DNA of 21,573 nucleotides from Abditibacteriaceae bacterium. Its GTDB lineage: Bacteria > Armatimonadota > Abditibacteriia > Abditibacteriales > Abditibacteriaceae. This document shows positions 15,575-21,573 of this stretch, one piece after another (positions within the stretch are counted from its first letter, which is position 1; the number at the start of each line of letters is the position of its first letter). Both the position numbers and the translations under genes were made by a program. The stretch lies in NCBI GenBank assembly GCA_031425655.1, contig JANPJS010000109.1, forward strand, positions 1-21,573, read 5' to 3'. Under the pieces are notes generated by a model, which worked only from the letters and a program-made list of their open reading frames with translations, did no database searches and had not been told where the DNA came from.

Positions 15575-16639
15575 ATGAATCGCAATAACATGGCATTAAT
15601 CGGGGTAGTCGCCTTCCTCGTGATCGGACTGGGGCTGACGGCGCTCCTGCTGATGAACCGAGGCGGCGCCCCCGTTCCCGGTCAAGAGGTCGTCGCGCCG
15701 CCGCCGCGCAAAGTCTGGGTCGCCCGGCAGGACATTTTGCCGCGCACGGTCATCAAATCGGCCATGCTGATGGAAGACACGGCCACCTCGGCCACGGCGG
15801 GCGCCATTTCCGACCCGAATCAGGTGCTGGGCAAAATGGCCAGCGCCACGATTTACAAAGGCCAGGCCGTCACCTCCGCGATGACGACCGAGCCGCTGCG
15901 CCGCGTCGTGCCGGCCAACATTTCCATTCCCACTGAAGATTTACGCGCCGTCGCGGTGTGGGTTGACCCGCTGCAAACCGCCGCCGGATTGGTGGACAAG
16001 GGAGACCGCGTGGATGTTATCGTGGCGCACAAATTGAAAATCAAAGGCGCTGGCGGACAGGACGGCGAAATCGTGGCGGGCCGCACCATCGCGCAGGACT
16101 TGGAAGTATTGGCCGTAGATCGTTCCCTCGCTGCCGGAGCGGCGCCAACTCCGGCGCCTAACGCCGCTCCGGGCGCCGCGCCGCCCCCCCCGCCACCGGC
16201 GCCGCCAAACCAGCCGGGGCAGAAAACTTTCACTCGCGTGGTCTTAGCCGCACCGCCCGAAATCGCCGAGCGATTGGTTGCCGGAAACCTGTCCGGCGAA
16301 TTGCACCTCACCATCCGCGATCCGCGCGTCCGTGACAACTCTCTGATTGCCGAAGTCCGCGAATATCCGGTTCAAAGTGCCGATCCGTTGGCCCAGAAAG
16401 TCCGCGAAGCCAGCGTGCAGGACGCCATCGAAGCACGCCGTCAGCGCCGCCAGCTTGCGTTTTCTCTGGAAACACAAGAAAGGACGACGCGACTGGCTGA
16501 TCGCCTAAAGCCGCGGATTAAAATGCCGGATTTCGGCACTCCGATGCGGCCCGAAGTGCTTCCAACACCGATGCCGGAAGTTCACGAAATCACCGTTGTG
16601 CGCGGCACGGAAAAAACTCGCGTCGTCGTTCCACGCTAA
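15575..16639 (+). CDS. cpaB: Flp pilus assembly protein CpaB/RcpC
   Basis: SD AAGGAG; N-terminal TM; SAF domain (VWVARQDI); RAVAV..AGLVDKGDRVDVIV; LEVLAVD; LHLTIR. Confidence 0.9.
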   Translation: MNRNNMALIGVVAFLVIGLGLTALLLMNRGGAPVPGQEVVAPPPRKVWVARQDILPRTVIKSAMLMEDTATSATAGAISDPNQVLGKMASATIYKGQAVTSAMTTEPLRRVVPANISIPTEDLRAVAVWVDPLQTAAGLVDKGDRVDVIVAHKLKIKGAGGQDGEIVAGRTIAQDLEVLAVDRSLAAGAAPTPAPNAAPGAAPPPPPPAPPNQPGQKTFTRVVLAAPPEIAERLVAGNLSGELHLTIRDPRVRDNSLIAEVREYPVQSADPLAQKVREASVQDAIEARRQRRQLAFSLETQERTTRLADRLKPRIKMPDFGTPMRPEVLPTPMPEVHEITVVRGTEKTRVVVPR

Positions 16640-16654
16640 CGTAAAACGACTGGC

Positions 16655-16698
16655 AAAATCAAAAGGCGAAGCTCAATTGAGCTTCGCCTTTTGATTTT
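16655..16698. terminator. 44-bp perfect palindrome, probable terminator of cpaB, heptamer-repeat-like
   Basis: aaaatcaaaaggcgaagctcaa|ttgagcttcgccttttgatttt, no spacer, T-rich tail. Confidence 0.75.
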
Positions 16699-16741
16699 CG
16701 CTTTTCGCGGGCCGTTTCCAAACCTGCGATAATGAATTCTC

Positions 16742-18385
16742 GTGACTTCTCGACAGGATTCGACACCTCAACCTCACAAACGCTCGCTTTCCAACCCTTT
16801 GAAGGCCGCCGCGCTGCTTTCGGCGCTATATTTTCTTTCCAAACTGACCGGGCTTTTTCAGCAGCAGGTTTTATTAGGCGCGCTCAAACCTTACGCCACC
16901 GACGCTTACAACGCGGCTTTAACGCTCCCGGATGTCGTGAATTACGCCATCGCCGGCGGCGCGCTTTCCAGCACTTTTATTCCGATCTTCACCGAGCTAC
17001 GCGAACGCGGACGCGAAAAAGAAGCGTGGGAATTCTTCTCGGCGCTGGCCACGCTGATGACCATCGTTACGACCACGCTCGTCGTCATTTGCATAATTTT
17101 CGCGGAGCCTTTGACGCGGCTTTTCACGCCCGGATTGGATGGAATTACACAAGACGCGCGCACTTTCCCTCTCGCCGTGCGCATGACGCAAATTATTTTG
17201 CCGGCGCAAGTTTGCTTTTATCTGGGCGGATTGCTGGTCGGTGTGCTGAACGCGCAAAAGCGTTTCGGCGCCACAGGATTTACCGGCGCGGTTTACAACG
17301 TCGTAGCGATTATCGTCGCCGTTGTTCTCTGGAGCCTCACCGGGCTGGAAATAGCCTTCGCGGTGGGGCTGCTCGTCGGCGCTTTGGTCGGCAATTTTTT
17401 GCTGCCGCTGAAAGCCTCGCTGTCTGGCCCAAGCGAGCTGCGTTTGCGCTTTCGCCCTAATTTTCACTGGCGCCATCCGCTGATTAAGCAATTCTTCGTG
17501 ACCGCGCTGCCGATTATGGTGGGCGTGTCGTTTCCCGTCGTGGATCAAATCGTGGTCAGGGCTTTTGCCTCGTATTTGCCGACGGGCGCCATGACGCATC
17601 TTTCGGCGGGCAATCGTTTGATGCTCGTGGCACTCAGCGTTTTGGCGCAAGCGGCCAGCGTGGCGGCGTTTCCCTTTTTGGCCTCGAACAGCGCCGCGCG
17701 CGACTGGCAGAAACTCGCCGATTTTCTACGCGTCGGCCTGCGCCGCTTGATGTTCATTACGCTGCCGATTTCGACATTAATGATTCTGACGGCACGCCCG
17801 ACTGTAAATATTTTGTTCGGACACGGCGCGTTTAACACGCCCGAAGCGATTAACAGCACCAGTCTGGCGTATGCGCTTTACACGCTCGGACTTTTCGCAT
17901 GGGCCGGGCAGCAACTTGTAGCACGCGGCTTTTGGGCGCTCAAAGACACGCGCACACCGACCATTATTGGTAGCGTTATCACGGTTTTCTTCGTGTTTTT
18001 CGCGTGGCTGTGCGTGCGTTCGAGTGCGCCGGTGCCCGCTTTGGCTTTAGCCACCAGCATCGGCGCCTGCGTGCATTTCGCGGCCATGACTTTAGCCTTG
18101 AAAAGAAAACTGGCCGGCGCGCCTTACGAAGTCGAACTTGGCGCGCACCGCATCGCCGGAACGCTGCTGCGCACTTTTGCCGCTTGCCTGGTGATGGCCG
18201 TTGCGGGCATATTTGTCGCCGTTTTGCTGAGTTTCACGCCGCTGTATGGCAAAATCGGCGACTTAGTGCGCGCTCTTCTCATCACAGCCGCCGCGCTGCC
18301 CGCTTTTGCCCTCGCCTCGCACCGCTTCGATATTCCCGAATGGAAATGGCTGTGGAACCGCGTTGCGCGCAGAATTAAGAAGTGA
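16742..18385 (+). CDS. murJ: Lipid II flippase MurJ (MviN)
   Basis: DAYNAALTLPD, GGALSSTFIPIF, LNAQKRF, NRLML, RGFWALKDTRTP, LALATSIG; many TM segments. GTG start uncertain. Confidence 0.92.
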   Translation: MTSRQDSTPQPHKRSLSNPLKAAALLSALYFLSKLTGLFQQQVLLGALKPYATDAYNAALTLPDVVNYAIAGGALSSTFIPIFTELRERGREKEAWEFFSALATLMTIVTTTLVVICIIFAEPLTRLFTPGLDGITQDARTFPLAVRMTQIILPAQVCFYLGGLLVGVLNAQKRFGATGFTGAVYNVVAIIVAVVLWSLTGLEIAFAVGLLVGALVGNFLLPLKASLSGPSELRLRFRPNFHWRHPLIKQFFVTALPIMVGVSFPVVDQIVVRAFASYLPTGAMTHLSAGNRLMLVALSVLAQAASVAAFPFLASNSAARDWQKLADFLRVGLRRLMFITLPISTLMILTARPTVNILFGHGAFNTPEAINSTSLAYALYTLGLFAWAGQQLVARGFWALKDTRTPTIIGSVITVFFVFFAWLCVRSSAPVPALALATSIGACVHFAAMTLALKRKLAGAPYEVELGAHRIAGTLLRTFAACLVMAVAGIFVAVLLSFTPLYGKIGDLVRALLITAAALPAFALASHRFDIPEWKWLWNRVARRIKK

Positions 18386-18469
18386 GAATGAAGAATGTAG
18401 AAAAGGGTGGCTCTAATTCTTCATTCTTCATTCTTCATTCTTCATTCTTCATTCTCCATTCTCACTTCT
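18371..18469. repeat. Inverted heptamer tandem-repeat element (AGAATGA / ATTCTTC)
   Basis: Five perfect ATTCTTC copies at 18416-18450 plus variants; complementary AGAATNN units from 18371; 13-bp perfect IR 18378-18390/18457-18469. Confidence 0.9.
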
Positions 18470-18520
18470 ACCCGGCACGCGCTTTGCTTTTTCCAACTGA
18501 GCCAACAAGGAGGCAAAATC

Positions 18521-18739
18521 ATGGGACAAGCAGAAGACAAAGCACGAGGCGCCGGCAACGAAGTTGTGGGCAAAGTCAAGCAGGCCGCAGGCGCTCTGAC
18601 CGGTGACAACAGTCTGAAAGCCGAAGGCGAAGCACAGGAACTCAAAGGCGAAGGCCAGACCGCACTGGGCAAAGCCAAAGACGCGGTCGGAGACGCGCTC
18701 GACGCCGCCGGAAAAGCCGTAAAACGGGCCGGCAGCTAA
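18521..18739 (+). CDS. csbD: CsbD family general stress protein
   Basis: SD AAGGAGG at 18507-18513; DKARGAGNEVVGKVKQAAGALTGDNSLKAEG...GKAKDAV. Confidence 0.9.
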   Translation: MGQAEDKARGAGNEVVGKVKQAAGALTGDNSLKAEGEAQELKGEGQTALGKAKDAVGDALDAAGKAVKRAGS

Positions 18740-18764
18740 ACACTGCACGTCAGAGACGTTAACC

Positions 18765-18795
18765 AAAGCGCCACCGAAATTCGGTGGCGCTTTTT
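18765..18795 (+). terminator. Rho-independent terminator after csbD
   Basis: AAAGCGCCACCGA-aat-TCGGTGGCGCTTTTT. Confidence 0.9.
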
Positions 18796-18803
18796 CGTTT
18801 TAA

Positions 18804-19015
18804 CTCACCTTACGCACCGGCCTGTATCCACCGTTTTAAACGGTAAGACGGAAAGAACGGGAAGACGGGAAGAGATTTGAGGGCTTGTCTAGCGTGAGCT
18901 GTGCGCTCTCAGGACAGTGTTCAGACCGTTTTTTCGCGTTGCCAACCCAAAAGGTTTCCCGTCTTCCCGTTCTTTCCGTCTTACCGTTTAAAACGACGGC
19001 ACCGCGTAAGGTGAG
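18804..19015. mobile_element. Nested MITE-like palindromic element
   Basis: 12-bp perfect outer IR ctcaccttacgc/gcgtaaggtgag; 40-bp perfect inner IR (18832-18871/18956-18995) built from ACGGNAAG units. Confidence 0.8.
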
Positions 19016-19047
19016 AGCTAAGCTGTCTCCGCGTTTTTTGTGTCACC

Positions 19048-21240
19048 TTACGCTGCTATCGTCGGCGCGTTGGCGCGGTCGCGGAAACGATGCTGCGCGA
19101 GTCCGTTCACCAAATCGCCGGCTACGCTCAACGCATTGCCGTCTTGGGCCAGAAAAACGCCGGCGGGCGCGTTGCCGTCCATTTGCTTGCCGAACTCAGT
19201 GGCCGAGACCAAATCCACGCCTTCGCCCGACGCGGCGATAGGTTTTTGATGCTTGTAAGCTTCGTCCAAGAACTTGCGCGCATCGCCCATTTTGACCAGC
19301 AGCGCCGCGCTGGCGCCGCCCGGAACGTAAACGCCGTCGAACAAAACCGAACTGCAATTGGCGTAGGTTTTCTTGGCTTCAACGGGGCCGCCATCGCCTT
19401 CGATAGCGCCAATGTGCGGGCCGACGACTTCGCCCAGCGCGCCCTGCGCCGCTAATTTGGCCTGCATCGTCTGGACGCACGCGGCAGCTACACCTTTGGC
19501 AACTAAAATCGCCACTTTGCGGCCTTTGGGCGAAAGAGGCTGGCCGATTTCGATGCTCAGACCGCTGGTTTTTTGCAAACCGCCTGACGCCGTCGTTGGC
19601 GATTCAGCTTCGGCTAAGGCTTTCATTTCGTCGGCGGAATCGGCTGTGCCGCCCGGTTTGGCTTTGGCGCCGGGCAATTCTTCGCCAATCGCCAGACCGA
19701 CTTGCGTGGCCATGACTTCGTTAATCTGTGCCAGATTATTCAGCATTCGCACGCGCACTTCGCGCGTTTCGACTTTGCTCAGCTCGAATTGCAGCGCCTT
19801 GACGATATGCTCTTTTTCAATCGGCGTCATGCTGTTCCAGAACAAGCGCGCCTGCCCGTAATGGTCGCCGAAACTTTCGCTGCGCACTCGCACTTTTGGC
19901 CCCGAAACCTGTTCTTCGTAGCTGACGAAACCGCCTTGTGGCGTGGCTTCTTCAGGCGAATGACCATCGAGCGAGGCCGGCGCATACGACACGCGACCTT
20001 TGTTGATGGTGTGACGCATTTGCGCGTCGCGCTGATTGTTGGAAAACGGGCAAACCGGACGGTTGATCGGCAGTTCGTGAAAATTCGGGCTGCCCAAACG
20101 CGACAATTGCGTGTCGAGATAGGAAAAATTGCGGCCTTGCAGCAGAGGATCGTTGCTGAAATCAATGCCGGGCACGATGTTGGTGGTCATAAACGCCACT
20201 TGCTCGGTTTCGGCAAAGAAGTTGTCCGGGTTGCGATTGAGCGTCATTTTGCCGATGCGCCGCACGGGAACCAGGTCTTCGGGCCAGATTTTGGTGGCGT
20301 CCAGCACGTCGAAATCGAATTTGGCTTCGTCGCCTTCGGCCACCAACTGCACGCCCAATTCCCATTGCGGGAAGTTGCCCATTTCGATGGCTTCCCACAA
20401 ATCGCGGCGATGAAAATCGGCGTCCTGCCCCATAATTTTCACGGCTTCGTCCCACACCAGCGAGTGCGCGCCCAAAACCGGCTTCCAGTGAAACTTGTCG
20501 AACGTGGATTTGCCCTCGGCGTTGATGAGCCGGAAAGTATGCACGCCGAAGCCTTCCATCATGGCATAGCTGCGCGGAATGGCGCGGTCGCTCATCACCC
20601 ACATAATCATGTGGGTGGATTCGGGCGTAAGCGAAATAAAATCCCAAAACGTATCGTGCGCCGACGACGCTTGGGGAATTTCGTTATTTGGCTCCGGCTT
20701 GACGGCGTGAACCAAATCGGGAAATTTAATCGCGTCCTGAATGAAGAAAACCGGAATGTTGTTGCCGACCAAATCCCAGTTGCCTTCCTGCGTATACATT
20801 TTCACGGCGAATCCGCGCACGTCGCGCGCGGTGTCCGCCGAGCCGCGCGAACCGGCGACGGTCGAAAAGCGCAAAAACAGCGGCGTTTGGCGCGAAGTGT
20901 CGGTGAGAACGCCCGCCGTGGTGTATTCTTCCAGCGATTCGGTCAGCTCGAAGACGCCGTGCGCCGCGGCGCCGCGCGCGTGAACCACGCGTTCGGGAAT
21001 GCGCTCATGATCGAAGTGCTGAATCTTTTCGCGCAGAATGAAATCTTCGAGCAGCGTCGGGCCGCGCGAACCGGCGCGCAGCGAGTTCTGGTCGGTGCTG
21101 ACAGGCTGGCCTTGATTGGTCGTCAGAGGCGTGCGGTCTTCGGTCGTGACTTTGGCTAAATCAAGGTCTTTCGTGGTCGGTGCGGCGGGCGAGGTGCCCT
21201 TTTCAGGGCTGTTCGGCGAAGTTTTTTTCGGTTCGTTCAT
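19048..21240 (-). CDS. katE: Large-subunit monofunctional heme catalase (HPII type, C-terminal flavodoxin-like/DJ-1 domain)
   Basis: FDHERIPERVVHARG active site, RFSTVAG, DLVGNN, RNFSYLDTQL heme ligand, C-terminal FDGVYVPGG..AYKHQKPI; start set at ATG 21240. Confidence 0.97.
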   Translation of the reverse strand: MNEPKKTSPNSPEKGTSPAAPTTKDLDLAKVTTEDRTPLTTNQGQPVSTDQNSLRAGSRGPTLLEDFILREKIQHFDHERIPERVVHARGAAAHGVFELTESLEEYTTAGVLTDTSRQTPLFLRFSTVAGSRGSADTARDVRGFAVKMYTQEGNWDLVGNNIPVFFIQDAIKFPDLVHAVKPEPNNEIPQASSAHDTFWDFISLTPESTHMIMWVMSDRAIPRSYAMMEGFGVHTFRLINAEGKSTFDKFHWKPVLGAHSLVWDEAVKIMGQDADFHRRDLWEAIEMGNFPQWELGVQLVAEGDEAKFDFDVLDATKIWPEDLVPVRRIGKMTLNRNPDNFFAETEQVAFMTTNIVPGIDFSNDPLLQGRNFSYLDTQLSRLGSPNFHELPINRPVCPFSNNQRDAQMRHTINKGRVSYAPASLDGHSPEEATPQGGFVSYEEQVSGPKVRVRSESFGDHYGQARLFWNSMTPIEKEHIVKALQFELSKVETREVRVRMLNNLAQINEVMATQVGLAIGEELPGAKAKPGGTADSADEMKALAEAESPTTASGGLQKTSGLSIEIGQPLSPKGRKVAILVAKGVAAACVQTMQAKLAAQGALGEVVGPHIGAIEGDGGPVEAKKTYANCSSVLFDGVYVPGGASAALLVKMGDARKFLDEAYKHQKPIAASGEGVDLVSATEFGKQMDGNAPAGVFLAQDGNALSVAGDLVNGLAQHRFRDRANAPTIAA

Positions 21241-21471
21241 TGGGAAAAATCTCTCCATTCGTGAGAAGGTCAGCGCCAAATTAGCACAAACTATGCCTCA
21301 CACAGTAAATAAAGCACAAATCCCACAATTTGAGCGCAAGAAACGGAAAGACCGGCGCGTTTGCACCCTTTATCCTTAAAGCGTCTAAAGAAATAAACCA
21401 CTGATGAACCCGCCCAGAGGGCAATGGCATTAAGTTAAGGAAGCTAAAGAGCGGCTTTGCCGCTCCTGAAA

Positions 21472-21573
21472 ACCCCCAACCCCCTTGGTAAGGGGGCTAA
21501 ATTTATTACGCTGTTGCACAAAGCCGAGTTTGAGTAGTGCCATAGCGTTTGAATTTAGCCCCCTTACCAAGGG
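21472..21573. repeat. Palindromic element, CCCCCTT-AAGGGGG family, truncated by window end
   Basis: 22-bp perfect IR cccttggtaagggggctaaatt (21482-21503)/aatttagcccccttaccaaggg (21552-21573); each arm is itself a hairpin. Confidence 0.85.

Noticed and set aside
16130..16215. Pro/Ala-rich tract with a C run in cpaB as a phase-variation site
   Set aside because: Encodes an ordinary poly-Pro linker; the frame is intact and the run is short.
18885..19241. Small ORFs across the nested element as a transposase remnant
   Set aside because: No DDE or HUH motifs; they overlap the repeat arms and katE.
19702..21159. 485-aa plus-strand ORF antisense to katE
   Set aside because: Shadow ORF arising from GC-rich codon bias; no recognisable motifs and fully overlaps a clear catalase.
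21283..21320. AGCACAAA direct repeat, 30 bp apart, upstream of katE as an operator
   Set aside because: Only 8 bp in an A-rich region and no recognisable OxyR/PerR box; could be chance.

Overview
GC-rich bacterial chromosomal window, mostly housekeeping genes; the secretin and MurJ point to a diderm. Gene content in order: (1) a minus-strand, fully ATGA-coupled tsaE-tsaB-rimI-orphan-tsaD t6A operon; (2) a secreted hypothetical gene with a perfect sigma70 promoter; (3) a minus-strand run of thiE, thiL, TIM-barrel isomerase, HPS/KGPDC-family enzyme, Zn-dehydrogenase and SDR; (4) a catalytically degenerate GAF/HD-GYP protein; (5) a partial, rearranged Tad pilus cluster (cpaE, a 4-BON secretin cpaC, cpaB); (6) murJ, csbD and a large-subunit catalase. 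The most unusual signal is non-coding. Many intergenic gaps hold a small palindromic element, from about six or seven unrelated families. Several have arms built from 7-10 bp tandem units and two are nested. Some arms contain the neighbouring gene's stop codon, two copies bracket one gene with 44-bp inverted repeats, and one copy sits in frame inside thiL. A candidate structured 5' leader RNA begins at the predicted transcription start of cpaC. No transposase, rRNA, tRNA or CRISPR array was seen. All calls are from manual motif reading, with no database searches.
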